The notes: generated from the sequence alone by a model not told the origin. 64,000 nt of DNA from Deltaproteobacteria bacterium (GCA_026388335.1 JAPLJZ010000252.1:4862-68861); one strand, 5' to 3'; shown: positions 9,551-19,859, counted from the stretch's first letter. A program made the numbers and translations.

Positions 9551-10846
9551 ATGTACTGGGAAAATGATATTGAAACCATGAACCGGGAAGGCCTGGCTGC
9601 CCTGCAGTTGGAACGTCTGCAAAAAACGCTCGGACAGGCGGCACGTTCTTTCTATTACAGTAAGCTGTTCAAGGAGATCGGCCTGAAGACGGAAGATGTT
9701 CGTTCCCTCGCTGATCTTGACAAGATCCCCCCGACGACAAAGGACGATCTCCGGGAACACTGGCCGTACGGATTTCTGGCGACATCCCGGGACGAGCTGG
9801 TGCGGATGCATTCCTCATCGGGAACCACGGGTCGGGCGACGGTCATCTTCCATACTGCGGGAGACATCAACGAATGGACCAACCTCTTGTCCCGGTGCAT
9901 GTATATGACGGGCATGCGCAAGAGCGATGTTTTTCAGAACATGATGACCTATGGCCTCTTCACCGGGGGACTGGGCTTCCACTACGGTGCGGAAAAAATC
10001 GGGGCGCTGGTCATTCCCGCCGGGGCGGGTAACAGTAAACGGCAGATCCAGCTCCTTAAGGATTTCGAGACCACGGTCATCCATATCATCCCCAGTTATG
10101 CCCTCCATCTTTCCTCGGTCTTTGAGGAACTCCATATAGATCCGAAAGACACGAATATCCGCATCGCCTATGTCGGCGCGGAGCCTCATTCAGAGAAGAT
10201 GCGTCAGAAAATTGAGGATATTTACGGGTTCAAGGCCTACAATTCCTACGGCCTCTCGGAGATGAACGGTCCCGGCGTGGCCTTTGAGTGTCCCTGCCAG
10301 AACGGTCTCCACATCTGGGAGGACAACTTTCTCGTGGAGATTTTGGATCCCGTTACCCTGCAACCATTACCGGACGGAGAGGAAGGAGAACTCGTCCTGA
10401 CGACTCTCGTCAGAGAAGGGATGCCGATTATCCGTTACCGGACAAAGGATCTTACCCGCATTCTCCCGGGAGACTGCCCTTGCGGCCGCACCCACCGCCG
10501 CATTGAGCGCATCAAGGGACGAACGGATGACATGCTGATCCTCAAGGGAGTCAACATCTTTCCCATCCAGATCGAAAAGAAACTCATGGAAATTCCCGGC
10601 GTCGGGAAGAACTTCCTCATCATCCTGGACCGGGAAGGCTACAACGATCACATGACGATCAAGGTCGAAGTGGAAAGACAGTTCTTCGACGGAGACCTGA
10701 AGCATCTCGAACAGTTAAGACGTAAAATCGTTGAGGGGCTCAAGAGCGATATCCTCATCACCCCCAAGGTTGACCTGGTGGACCCCGACAGCCTGCCCCA
10801 GTCAGAAGGAAAGGCAAAACGGGTCATCGACAACCGTAAAGATTGA
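9551..10846 (+). CDS. paaK: Phenylacetate-CoA ligase family adenylate-forming enzyme
   Basis: Starts MYWENDIETM with GGAGG 8 nt upstream. SSGTTG AMP-binding motif; PaaK-like length. The track ORF start at 9524 is an extension. Confidence 0.85.
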   Translation: MYWENDIETMNREGLAALQLERLQKTLGQAARSFYYSKLFKEIGLKTEDVRSLADLDKIPPTTKDDLREHWPYGFLATSRDELVRMHSSSGTTGRATVIFHTAGDINEWTNLLSRCMYMTGMRKSDVFQNMMTYGLFTGGLGFHYGAEKIGALVIPAGAGNSKRQIQLLKDFETTVIHIIPSYALHLSSVFEELHIDPKDTNIRIAYVGAEPHSEKMRQKIEDIYGFKAYNSYGLSEMNGPGVAFECPCQNGLHIWEDNFLVEILDPVTLQPLPDGEEGELVLTTLVREGMPIIRYRTKDLTRILPGDCPCGRTHRRIERIKGRTDDMLILKGVNIFPIQIEKKLMEIPGVGKNFLIILDREGYNDHMTIKVEVERQFFDGDLKHLEQLRRKIVEGLKSDILITPKVDLVDPDSLPQSEGKAKRVIDNRKD

Positions 10847-10925
10847 CGGCGGCGCCGTCTGATAATGATCGGTTTACAGACCTTTTCAATTTAGAAAAGA
10901 TTAAGTTTACGGAGGGAAATAACTC

Positions 10926-11357
10926 ATGATCGCAAGTCAGTTATCAATTTTTTCGGAAAACAAACCCGGTAAGCTCGCTACCGTGACCAGCGTCCTGGCT
11001 AAAGAAAATGTTAATATTCGGGCAACGACCATTTCCACCTCCGATACCTTCGGGGTTATCAATCTCATCGTTGATGACCCGGAACGGGCCCAGGCCGCCC
11101 TGACCAGGACCGGAATGCTCGTAAAAATCCGGAGGGTCCTGGCCGTCCTGTTAGACGACCAGCCGGGGGGACTCAACAAGCTGGCGCAACTGCTGGCGAA
11201 TGAAAACATCAACGTCAACAACGCCTATGGCTTTGTCCTGGAGAACCGCGTCAGCGCGGTGTTTGTTGTAGACGTGGATCAGCCGGAAAAGGCCGAGCAG
11301 ATCATCGAGAAGGAGGGGTTCAAGACCCTCGACGCGGAAGCGTTATCGGCGCTTTAG
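10926..11357 (+). CDS. ACT domain-containing protein (two ACT repeats)
   Basis: 143 aa with two ACT-like halves (ENKPGKLATVTSVL / DDQPGGLNKLAQLL). This is the usual partner of PaaK-type ligases. Confidence 0.7.
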   Translation: MIASQLSIFSENKPGKLATVTSVLAKENVNIRATTISTSDTFGVINLIVDDPERAQAALTRTGMLVKIRRVLAVLLDDQPGGLNKLAQLLANENINVNNAYGFVLENRVSAVFVVDVDQPEKAEQIIEKEGFKTLDAEALSAL

Positions 11358-11396
11358 CCTTACCATTACATAAAACATTGAAAAGGGGAACTTGAT

Positions 11397-11831
11397 ATGA
11401 CGAGAAAACAGGCTGGAGAATACAAGACGAAGCACCCCCCGGATCTCCGGACATCAGCCGCAATTGTGCAGGCGATCAAGGAAAAAATCAAAAATAACGA
11501 ATTGAGCTGCGCCCACGCCGAAGCGATCGCCCGGGATACCGCGACCACGCTGGCAGAAGTGGGAACAAACCTCGATCTTCTGGAAATTCGCATCGGGAAA
11601 TGCCAACTGGGTCTCTTCGGCTATAACCCGACGAGCAAGGCCGTTGAACCGGCGAATATCGTCTCTCCGGAGCTGACGGCCGCCATTCGCAGCGCTCTCA
11701 GCGATGAGCGGCTCCCCTGTGCGGCGGCCTGGACCATCGCCGCATCCCTCGGTATCCCCCGGATGGCCGTGGCCGGGGCTTGCGAAACCATGAAAATCAA
11801 AATCAAACCCTGTCAGCTTGGGGCCTTTTGA
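11397..11831 (+). CDS. Hypothetical protein with an internal tandem duplication
   Basis: RBS present. Two about 45-aa repeats each begin with a (L)xC-A motif and end with (K)xCQLGxF. Confidence 0.5.
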   Translation: MTRKQAGEYKTKHPPDLRTSAAIVQAIKEKIKNNELSCAHAEAIARDTATTLAEVGTNLDLLEIRIGKCQLGLFGYNPTSKAVEPANIVSPELTAAIRSALSDERLPCAAAWTIAASLGIPRMAVAGACETMKIKIKPCQLGAF

Positions 11832-11834
11832 TTC

Positions 11835-12350
11835 TTATCCGTTCTGCTCCTCGTAACGCGCCAATACAAAAAGCATATCCGCCAGGCGATTCAAATACTG
11901 GTGAATATTGGGGTTATTGACGAGTCCCTCGTTCTTCAGCCGGGCGGCGTTTCTTTCCGCCCGCCGGATGATCGTCCGGCTCACATCGATCTGGGCAGAT
12001 AAGACCGTCTCCCCGGGATAGATGAATTCGTTTTTAAGCTTGACGTTTTTCTGGAGGTCATCGATGAGGTCTTCGATGCGTTGTACATCCCCGGCGCCGA
12101 TACGGATGCTGAGTTTGGGGATATCTTCGGACAGGCTGGAGAGTTCCGCTCCCATGGTAAGCAGATCTTTCTGAACACTGAGGATAATGTCCTTGATCCG
12201 CTGATCTTTTGTCATGGCCCTGACCACCCCGAGGGCGGAACTGGCCTCATCCAGGACGCCATAAGTATCCGGCCTGGGATCGAATTTTGGAACCCGCTGA
12301 CCACCGAGGAGACTTGTTTCTCCTCCGTCCCCTTTTTTCGAAAACTTCAT
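11835..12350 (-). CDS. PduO-type ATP:cob(I)alamin adenosyltransferase
   Basis: Starts MKFSKKGDGGETSLLGG, the typical PduO/MMAB N-terminus. ATGA overlap with the upstream gene. The track ORF reaching 12482 is an extension. Confidence 0.85.
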   Translation of the reverse strand: MKFSKKGDGGETSLLGGQRVPKFDPRPDTYGVLDEASSALGVVRAMTKDQRIKDIILSVQKDLLTMGAELSSLSEDIPKLSIRIGAGDVQRIEDLIDDLQKNVKLKNEFIYPGETVLSAQIDVSRTIIRRAERNAARLKNEGLVNNPNIHQYLNRLADMLFVLARYEEQNG

Positions 12351-13060
12351 GCCTGTCTCCTTTCTATGTAACTCTTCACAATCTGGACAATAGATTCGGC
12401 GTTCCTGCGGGCACGCCAGAGGATTTTTTCCATTGTCAGCTCTTTGTCTTCCAGTCCATGGGCGTAGTTGTCCACGGAACATAATGACGCATAGGCCATA
12501 TCGAGTTCCCGGGCGACAATAGCCTCGCTGGCCATGGTCATTCCCACCAGATCGGCCGCCTGCGACATGACCATGATTTCGGCTTTCGTTTCAAAGCGCG
12601 GTCCCGTGGTCTGCCAGTAAATACCACCATCTACGACGTCGAGGGCACATCCCCGGGCGGCGTCTATCCACCGTTCCCGGACCTCTTTGCTGAGGGTCGG
12701 AGTGATGTGTACCGGTTTCGAGGAAAAAACAGTTGGGCCGGGATTAAGCATGATGAAATCATCGGGAACTACGAGGGTGCCTGGTTTGTGTTTCAGCCTC
12801 AGGGAACCGGTGGAATTGATCCCGATGACCTCCCGGACACCCAGACTCTTCAAGGCCGACAGATTGGCGGGATGGTTGATAAGATGGGGAAGGATGTGCC
12901 GCTTCGGGTCCCGGCCGTGACGGGGAAGGAAGGCGATATTCGCCGTAACCAGCACCAGGGCCCTGCCGAACTCCGTTTCTACCCATTTTTCTTCGGGATC
13001 GAGGAGCACTCCCTTTTCCTGCAGGGCAATGGTCCCCGAAATTATCCCCAATCGTTCCAC
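12347..13060 (-). CDS. S-methyl-5'-thioadenosine phosphorylase / purine nucleoside phosphorylase family
   Basis: PNP/MTAP family pattern (FLPRHG, GINSTGSL, MTMASEA). I prefer a GTG start at 13060 (V-ERLGIISGT, G-rich RBS); the track start at 13126 is TTG. Confidence 0.75.
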   Translation of the reverse strand: MERLGIISGTIALQEKGVLLDPEEKWVETEFGRALVLVTANIAFLPRHGRDPKRHILPHLINHPANLSALKSLGVREVIGINSTGSLRLKHKPGTLVVPDDFIMLNPGPTVFSSKPVHITPTLSKEVRERWIDAARGCALDVVDGGIYWQTTGPRFETKAEIMVMSQAADLVGMTMASEAIVARELDMAYASLCSVDNYAHGLEDKELTMEKILWRARRNAESIVQIVKSYIERRQA

Positions 13061-13170
13061 AGACGTCCCCCCTGAATAGGATCGAGAAGCGCCATGACCT
13101 ATAGCAGATTCATTCCCAAGAGTCAAAACTCACAATCATCATTTTTGACGACCTTGCAAAAAAAATGAAT

Positions 13171-13199
13171 TTGACATATCTGTCAATGTGTCATAACTT
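13171..13199 (+). promoter_or_regulatory. Candidate sigma70-type promoter for trxA-bamD, overlapping a palindrome
   Basis: TTGACA (13171-76), 17-nt spacer, TAACTT (13194-99). The -35 box lies inside TTGACA-TATC-TGTCAA (13171-13186). Confidence 0.35.
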
Positions 13200-13237
13200 A
13201 GCGCTCTATAAAGAAAGTGACGGAAGGAGGTCTGGTT

Positions 13238-13567
13238 ATGGGAGAAGAAGCCATGATTCACGTCTCGGATGAGAACTTCGAACAGGAGGTGCTGAAAGCT
13301 AATAAACCGGCCATTGTGGATTTCTGGGCTCCCTGGTGCGGACCCTGCCGGGCGCTCGGCCCGATGGTCGAGGAGCTGGCGGCAACCTATAAGGACCGGA
13401 TCAAAGTCGCCAAACTCAATATTGACGATAGTCCGTTAACGGCAGAAAAATTCGGCGTCCGCAGCATTCCGACGCTCCTGTTGTTCAAGGACGGCAAGTT
13501 ACTGGATACACTGATCGGTCTCGTCCCCAGGGAAAAACTGGAAGACTTTGCGAAGAAGGGACTATGA
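13238..13567 (+). CDS. trxA: Thioredoxin
   Basis: WAPWCGPC active site. The ATG at 13238 follows GGAAGGAGG. Confidence 0.95.
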   Translation: MGEEAMIHVSDENFEQEVLKANKPAIVDFWAPWCGPCRALGPMVEELAATYKDRIKVAKLNIDDSPLTAEKFGVRSIPTLLLFKDGKLLDTLIGLVPREKLEDFAKKGL

Positions 13568-14325
13568 TCAAGGCCTTGACTATCCGTAGAAGCTGCATAA
13601 TCACCTTTTTGCTCGTCTTTGTCATGACCATGTCCGGATGCGGCTGGTGGAAAGACCTCTGGTCGCGCAAGCAGATGGCCAAGGGTACACCGGAGGCCCT
13701 GTACCAGTCAGGCGTCACGGCTTATCAGGATGGCCGTTACAAGCGGGCCGTTGAATATTTTGTCCGCGTCAAGGAAGAAAATCCTCTCAACCCCCTGGCT
13801 CTGCAGGCCGAACTCGGTATCGGGGATTCCCATTTTTCTGAGGAGGAATATGCGGAGGCCGAGCTTGCTTATACGGATTTTGTGAGCCTCCACCCGACAA
13901 ACGAAAACATCCCCTACGCCATGTATCAGCTCGGCATGTGCCACTATAAACAGATGGGCAGCATCGACCGGGACCAGATGGAAACCGTCAAGGCGGCCCG
14001 GGAATTCGAGCGTCTCATGGCCCGTTACCCGAGCAGCAAATTCTCCTTTCTGGCGGAGCAGAAACTCAGGGAATGCAGGAAGAATATGGCGGAGCAGGAA
14101 TTCTATATCGGCGAGTTCTACTTCAAGCAGGGCAAATTCCAGTCAGCCCTGAAGCGTTTTCAGACCATCGCAAAAAACTATCCCAATTTAGGACTCGACT
14201 ATAAGGTCAAAGCATACATCGACGAAACCCAGAAGCGTCTGGTCAAGGAAAAGGAGAAAAAGGCCCGGGAAGAAAAGAAGGCCGAAGCTGACAAGAAGAA
14301 AGTCAAGACCAGCGCTGCCCGATAA
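13564..14325 (+). CDS. bamD: Outer membrane protein assembly factor BamD (TPR lipoprotein)
   Basis: Lipobox MSGC, TPR-like repeats, Lys/Glu-rich tail. ATGA overlap with trxA. Confidence 0.8.
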   Translation: MIKALTIRRSCIITFLLVFVMTMSGCGWWKDLWSRKQMAKGTPEALYQSGVTAYQDGRYKRAVEYFVRVKEENPLNPLALQAELGIGDSHFSEEEYAEAELAYTDFVSLHPTNENIPYAMYQLGMCHYKQMGSIDRDQMETVKAAREFERLMARYPSSKFSFLAEQKLRECRKNMAEQEFYIGEFYFKQGKFQSALKRFQTIAKNYPNLGLDYKVKAYIDETQKRLVKEKEKKAREEKKAEADKKKVKTSAAR

Positions 14326-14360
14326 TCCTGGGGTTAGTAAGCGTCCTTGTTCCCCAGGAT
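14325..14360. terminator. Hairpin at the convergent bamD/cydB junction
   Basis: ATCCTGGGG (14325-33) pairs with CCCCAGGAT (14352-60), a 9-bp stem. There is no clean U-run, and it overlaps the cydB 3' end. Confidence 0.3.
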
Positions 14361-15365
14361 ATCTTCCTTCGTCACCGGGCGCCGGAAGACCCAGTAGACC
14401 CAGAGCTGATAGGCCATCACCATGGGCACGAAAAGGATGGCCACCACCGTCATGATCTTCAGGGTATAGGCACTTGAAGAGGCATTGTAAATCGTCAGAC
14501 TATAGCGGGGATCTATCTTGGACGGCAGCAACTGGGGATATAAACCTATCAACCCCGTCATAACTACCAGCACGATTGTCATACAGGAAGCAATAAAAGC
14601 CCCCTGATACTGGTTTTTCATGGCAAAAACACCGATCCCCATGAGTGAGGCAACCGCCAGGGCGGGAATGGCTAACCAGGAAACATTCTTCAGGTAATTG
14701 GCATAAAACCCCGTCGCGAAGGCTGTGTTCACAAAAAACAGCACCGCCACCAGAATCAGTACCACCCACGCCTTGACGGCAAAACGCTCCGCCCGCCGTC
14801 CCAGATCGTCCCCTGTCCTGATGGCCAGATAAAGGGCGCCGTGGCAGACAAACATGGCGATAAACAGTAAACCGGTCATGAGGCTGTAGGGGTTGAGCAG
14901 CCCCAGGAGGGATCCATAATATCCAAGGTTGTCCATGGGCAGGCCCTGAAAAAAGTTGCCGAAGGCCACCCCGAACAGCATTGTCGGGATCAGGCTCCCG
15001 AAAAAGATGGCCAGATCCCATCCTCGCCGCCAAGACTCCGAAGCGCCTTTGGCCCGGAATTCAAAGGCTACCCCCCGGAAGATCAGGGCAAAAAGGATGA
15101 TGAGCAGGGGTGAATAGAGATAACTGAAGATCAGGGCATATGCCACGGGAAAGGCAGCAAAGGTAGCGCCCCCGGCCGTCACGAGCCACACCTCGTTGCC
15201 GTCCCAGACAGGACCGATGCTGTTGATCATCATCCGTTTCTCCTGATCATCCTTGCTCAGAAACGGATAGAGGATGCCGATTCCCAGGTCAAAGCCGTCG
15301 GTCATAAAATAGACGGCCCATAACACTCCCCAGAGGACAAACCATATCGTTTGATAATCCGGCAT
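14334..15365 (-). CDS. cydB: Cytochrome bd ubiquinol oxidase subunit II
   Basis: 343 aa polytopic membrane protein located 1 nt after cydA. Confidence 0.9.
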   Translation of the reverse strand: MPDYQTIWFVLWGVLWAVYFMTDGFDLGIGILYPFLSKDDQEKRMMINSIGPVWDGNEVWLVTAGGATFAAFPVAYALIFSYLYSPLLIILFALIFRGVAFEFRAKGASESWRRGWDLAIFFGSLIPTMLFGVAFGNFFQGLPMDNLGYYGSLLGLLNPYSLMTGLLFIAMFVCHGALYLAIRTGDDLGRRAERFAVKAWVVLILVAVLFFVNTAFATGFYANYLKNVSWLAIPALAVASLMGIGVFAMKNQYQGAFIASCMTIVLVVMTGLIGLYPQLLPSKIDPRYSLTIYNASSSAYTLKIMTVVAILFVPMVMAYQLWVYWVFRRPVTKEDILGNKDAY

Positions 15366-15366
15366 G

Positions 15367-16677
15367 TTAAACCTCCGGCCCTTTCTTTGCGTATTTTGCC
15401 AACAGATACATATCGACCAGCCCCAAGAAACTATATAAGATGGTAAACCCGACCAGAGAAACAGTCACCTGGGTTACGGAAACGCTCCGGGAAGCAGCAT
15501 CCGAGGTCTTCAGGACTCCATAGACGATCCAGGGCTGCCGCCCCACTTCCGCCACTATCCACCCTAATTCACCGGCCAGATAGGGCAGGGGAATGGCAAA
15601 GAACATCACCTTTAGAAAAAGGGGATACTCTTCCAGCCGCTCCTTCCAGGACAGGAAAAGGGCAAGGGAACTCAAAAGAATAAAAAGGCCGCCTAGGCCC
15701 ACCATGAGCCGGAAGCTCAGGAAGGTTTCAAAAACCGGCGGCCGCTGATCCCGGGGAAAGGCCTTGAGACCCTTCACCTCGGCGTTAAAATCCTTGTAGG
15801 CCAGAAAGCTTACCATCTTGGGGATGCCGAACAACTCCACGGCGTTACGCTCATGCTTCGGATCGGGGATAATGAGCAGGTAGTAGGGCACGCCTCGCTG
15901 GGTCTCCCAGAGCGACTCCATGGCGGCCAGCTTCGCCGGCTGGACCTTGCCGACCTCGGCCCCGTGAAAATCGCCAACCAGGACGATAAGCAGGGAACTG
16001 GCCAGACCGAAAATCGCCGCAAGCTGAAAGGATTCCTTGAAAAACGCCGGATGGCTCTTCCGGAGGATATGCCAGGCCGAAATACCCATGACAAAAAAGG
16101 CCGCCACTACATACCCCGCCAGGATGGTATGAAAAAACTTCAGCCAGCCGTAACTGTTGGTCAGAAAAGCCATGAAATCGACAAGTTCGGCCCGGTTATT
16201 CCGGAGGACATAACCGACGGGATGCTGCATCCAGCCGTTGGCCAGAAGAATCCAGAGGGCAGACAGATTTGTTGCAAAGGCAACGATCCAGATGCTCAGG
16301 GCGTGCACCCGGGGGGAAACCTTTTCCCAGCCGAAGATCCATAAACCCAGGAAGGTAGATTCCAGAAAGAAGGCCACCGTCGCCTCGATCGCCAGGGGCA
16401 CGCCGAAGATATCGCCGACATATTTGGAATATTCCGCCCAGTTCATCCCGAACTGGAACTCCAGAGTCAGCCCCGTCACAATCCCGAGGGCAAAATTGAT
16501 GAGAAATAGTTTGCCCCAGAACCGGGTCATTCGAAGATACATCTCGTTCTGCGTTGCCACATAGCGGCTCTCCATGTACGCTACCAGGATGGAAAGCCCA
16601 AGCGTCAGGGGGACAAAGAGAAAGTGAAACATGGCGGTCAGGGCAAACTGCATCCGGCTCAGCGCCAGAACATCCAT
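15367..16677 (-). CDS. cydA: Cytochrome bd ubiquinol oxidase subunit I
   Basis: Conserved N-terminus MDVLALSRMQFALTAMFHFLFVPLT. AGGAGG precedes this ATG; the track start at 16692 lies inside the RBS. Confidence 0.9.
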   Translation of the reverse strand: MDVLALSRMQFALTAMFHFLFVPLTLGLSILVAYMESRYVATQNEMYLRMTRFWGKLFLINFALGIVTGLTLEFQFGMNWAEYSKYVGDIFGVPLAIEATVAFFLESTFLGLWIFGWEKVSPRVHALSIWIVAFATNLSALWILLANGWMQHPVGYVLRNNRAELVDFMAFLTNSYGWLKFFHTILAGYVVAAFFVMGISAWHILRKSHPAFFKESFQLAAIFGLASSLLIVLVGDFHGAEVGKVQPAKLAAMESLWETQRGVPYYLLIIPDPKHERNAVELFGIPKMVSFLAYKDFNAEVKGLKAFPRDQRPPVFETFLSFRLMVGLGGLFILLSSLALFLSWKERLEEYPLFLKVMFFAIPLPYLAGELGWIVAEVGRQPWIVYGVLKTSDAASRSVSVTQVTVSLVGFTILYSFLGLVDMYLLAKYAKKGPEV

Positions 16678-16706
16678 AAAAAACCTCCTCATAAAACCTT
16701 AGGGTG

Positions 16707-16735
16707 AAATTACAGTAAAATCACACGGATGTCAA
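16707..16735 (-). promoter_or_regulatory. Candidate sigma70-type promoter for cydAB
   Basis: Minus strand TTGACA (16735-16730), 17-nt spacer, TAATTT (16712-16707), about 30 nt upstream of the cydA start. Confidence 0.4.
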
Positions 16736-16803
16736 GATTTGATGAAACTGAAATCCCTTGACGCGACACATACGACTGTGTACGCTGTGCCTGGAGGTGC
16801 AAT

Positions 16804-18141
16804 ATGGCCACAAATTTGCCACTCAAGGAATCTGCTTCCCCAATGAAACCCCATCTGGTGTTGATCCACCCTGCCCCAAACAAAAACCGTTTCGGTAAAA
16901 AACGCCGGCGTAAATCATCCATCGCCCCCCTGACCCTGCCCCTACTGGCAGGTCTGGCCGCAGCGGATTTCCGGGTGACGGCCTTCGACGAGGACATTGA
17001 GGACCTTCCCGATCAGATCAGCGCCGATTTCGTAGGCATTACGGCGATCACACCCCAGGCTTATCGGGCTTACGAACTTGCCGACGCCTTTCGGCGCCGG
17101 GGCGTCCCCGTGATCATGGGGGGTCTCCATCCTTCCTTCTTTCCCGAAGAGGCGGCCGCCCATGCTGACACCCTGGTCATCGGCGAGGCGGAAACCATCT
17201 GGCCGGAGTTGGCGGCCGACATGCTTGCCGGGACGCTGAAACCACGCTACGAGGCAACGTCCCGGCATGACCTCAAAGAGCTGCCGCCAGCCAAACGGGA
17301 CATCCTCAAAAAGGGAGCGTATTCCTTCCCTAATGCCATCATGGCCTCCCGGGGCTGCCCCTTCAACTGCGATTACTGTTCCGTAACCCAGTATTGGGGC
17401 CGCACCTACCGTGTCCGTCCCGTTGCCGAGGTTATCGCGGAATTAGCCGCTATGCCCGAGGATCATCTGGTTTTTGTGGACGACAACATCTGCGGCAATC
17501 CCGCCTACGCACGGGAGCTTTTCCACGCCATGGTCCCCTTGAAGAAAAACTGGATCAGCCAGGGCAGCATCACCCTGGCGAAAGATCCCGAACTTCTTGA
17601 TCTGGCCGCCGCCAGTGGTCTTTCCTGGCTTTTTATCGGCATCGAGTCCATCAATCCCCATAACCTCCGGGATATGGGCAAAAAAATCAACAAAGTAGAG
17701 GAATATGCCGCCTCGCTCCGTACCTTTCGCGATCGGGGGATGAACGTCCTGGGCTCCTTTATGCTCGGACTCGACCACGACGATAAAGAGACCTTCCGCC
17801 ACACTCTTGACTTCTGTGAAGAAAACCGGATTTCGGGGGCCAACTTTTACATCTATACCCCCATGCCCGGGACCCGCAGCTTTGCCAAAATGGAGGCGGA
17901 AGGGAGGCTCCTGCACAAGAACTGGGCAAAATACGACGCCAATCATGTCGTCTTTCAGCCCCATAATATGACCCCGGAAGAGCTTCTCGATGGCTTTCTG
18001 TGGTTGTACAACTCATTTTATTCATTGAATTCTTTACGAAAACGAATGGATATGTCGCAGCCTTCCATGCTCCAAACCGTGGCCCTGAACATCGGCCGCA
18101 TGGTCAGGCGTCAAACCTTTGTAGCTGGCTGCCGTTCCTGA
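16804..18141 (+). CDS. B12-binding domain-containing radical SAM protein
   Basis: N-terminal cobalamin-binding-like domain followed by a CPFNCDYCS (CxxxCxxC) cluster; 445 aa. Confidence 0.85.
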   Translation: MATNLPLKESASPMKPHLVLIHPAPNKNRFGKKRRRKSSIAPLTLPLLAGLAAADFRVTAFDEDIEDLPDQISADFVGITAITPQAYRAYELADAFRRRGVPVIMGGLHPSFFPEEAAAHADTLVIGEAETIWPELAADMLAGTLKPRYEATSRHDLKELPPAKRDILKKGAYSFPNAIMASRGCPFNCDYCSVTQYWGRTYRVRPVAEVIAELAAMPEDHLVFVDDNICGNPAYARELFHAMVPLKKNWISQGSITLAKDPELLDLAAASGLSWLFIGIESINPHNLRDMGKKINKVEEYAASLRTFRDRGMNVLGSFMLGLDHDDKETFRHTLDFCEENRISGANFYIYTPMPGTRSFAKMEAEGRLLHKNWAKYDANHVVFQPHNMTPEELLDGFLWLYNSFYSLNSLRKRMDMSQPSMLQTVALNIGRMVRRQTFVAGCRS

Positions 18142-18325
18142 CTATCCCGTTGCGCAAAATGAAGAGCAACGTCAGGGTAAAGATGCGAAGCAGGGATATG
18201 GGGATATAAGGAGCTGCTTGATTCTTTTTATACAGAGGTGTAGAATTACATATCACTGTAACAGTACAAAGCGTCCGAGAGTGATTTTGAATACTTTCTC
18301 GGGTTAATAGACTTAGGAGGACAGT

Positions 18326-18559
18326 ATGAATATGTATCTGAAGATTGCATATGTCGGCCTCTCTTTTATCCTGCTTTACTTTGTCTGGGATCACTTACCT
18401 GCTGGAGATGGACAGGACAAACTTATAACCCGCTTAATGGAGTTCCGGTTTTTGGGTTTTATCGCGCTGATGCTTGTATTTTATTTCATCTTCTTCAATT
18501 TTCTGGGACGAAAAAATAAGAAAGACGATTCAAACGGAGAAAAAATTGACAGATCTTAA
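18326..18559 (+). CDS. Small membrane protein (two hydrophobic helices), hypothetical
   Basis: AGGAGG 6 nt upstream of the ATG; AT-rich; no recognisable family. Confidence 0.4.
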   Translation: MNMYLKIAYVGLSFILLYFVWDHLPAGDGQDKLITRLMEFRFLGFIALMLVFYFIFFNFLGRKNKKDDSNGEKIDRS

Positions 18560-18683
18560 AAATTTCAAGGGAACAGTCATGGAGTTGCTCGGGATAGAGC
18601 ACCGGGAGGAACCGGTCTACTCGACTCAAACATTTCAAATGGATATGGGAATTGATTAAGAAACTTAACCGGGAGATATTTTC

Positions 18684-19733
18684 ATGAATGACCGGCAAAC
18701 GGAGAGAATAAGCCTGGTCCAGACCATGTTTCCTGACGGCATCCCCCGGCTCTGGTGCCCACTTCTCACCCATTACAGGAATGACAAGACGATTGATTTT
18801 GACCGCATGGAGTCCCACTTCGCATATATTTCCCCTTGGGTGAAGGGCTTCCTGATCCCCGGTTCAACGGGGGACGGCTGGGAACTCACGGAGGAAGAAA
18901 CGCTACAGGTAGCCGAATTCGCCGTGTCCCATATGCGGGGCAAGGATATGCATCTCCTCATCGGACTTCTCAGACCGGATGTCGGGGGCGTGAAGGGGAC
19001 GCTTTCGGCCCTGAAGGGACGCAACGTATTTCATTTACTAGAAAATAAGGGGGCCGACCCGGTAATAAGCCCTCCTCACATCTGCGGCATTACAATCTGT
19101 CCACCCCGCGGCAAGGCCCTATCGCAGGCGGAAATCGATTCGGGACTCTCGGAAATGCTGGATATGGCCCTGCCCACGGCCCTTTACCAGCTTCCCCAGG
19201 TAACGGAAAATGAGGCGGCGCCGGAAACATTCGCCCGTCTTACGGAGAAATACTCGAATCTGATCTTTTTCAAGGACTCCAGCGGTAACGACCGAATCGC
19301 TTCTTCTTCCGTCGACAAGGGTGGCGTCTTTCTCGTTCGTGGCGCCGAAGGGGATTATGCACGCTGGTTGAGGGAGGCCGGGGGGCCTTATGACGGTTTT
19401 CTCCTCAGTACGGCCAATTCCTTCCCCCGGGAACTCCGATCTGTTATCGAAAATCTTGAAAAAGGTGATTTCAAGGCCGCCGGAGAGACTTCCGAACGGG
19501 TCAGTACGGTGATCGGAAAGGTCTTCGCAATCGTCCAGCCCCTGACCCATGGAAATGCATTTACAAATGCCAACAAGGCCATTGATCATTTCCTTGCCTA
19601 CGGCCCCGATGCGGCAAGCCGCCCCGGACCACTCCTCCACGCCGGGGTCCGCCTCCCCCGGGAGATTCTCACGGCGACGGGGGAAGTTCTCGACAACCAA
19701 GGTCTTCTGCCTGAGAGGGGCTACTGGGAATAG
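18684..19733 (+). CDS. Dihydrodipicolinate synthase/N-acetylneuraminate lyase family (class I aldolase-like) protein
   Basis: GFLIPGSTGDGWELTEEE, ALYQLP and FFKDSSGN segments match the DapA-family GTTGE / Y / K(D)xSG motifs. Confidence 0.65.
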   Translation: MNDRQTERISLVQTMFPDGIPRLWCPLLTHYRNDKTIDFDRMESHFAYISPWVKGFLIPGSTGDGWELTEEETLQVAEFAVSHMRGKDMHLLIGLLRPDVGGVKGTLSALKGRNVFHLLENKGADPVISPPHICGITICPPRGKALSQAEIDSGLSEMLDMALPTALYQLPQVTENEAAPETFARLTEKYSNLIFFKDSSGNDRIASSSVDKGGVFLVRGAEGDYARWLREAGGPYDGFLLSTANSFPRELRSVIENLEKGDFKAAGETSERVSTVIGKVFAIVQPLTHGNAFTNANKAIDHFLAYGPDAASRPGPLLHAGVRLPREILTATGEVLDNQGLLPERGYWE

Positions 19734-19859
19734 GGAGGTCCGCTGTTACCATTGTATGGATCGAACCGATTTCATAACCACCGCAATTTCGTTCTAAATA
19801 TCCCGAATATCCCGTGTCGGTATATGAATCTTCATGTAACTCACAAAAGGAGGCGATCA

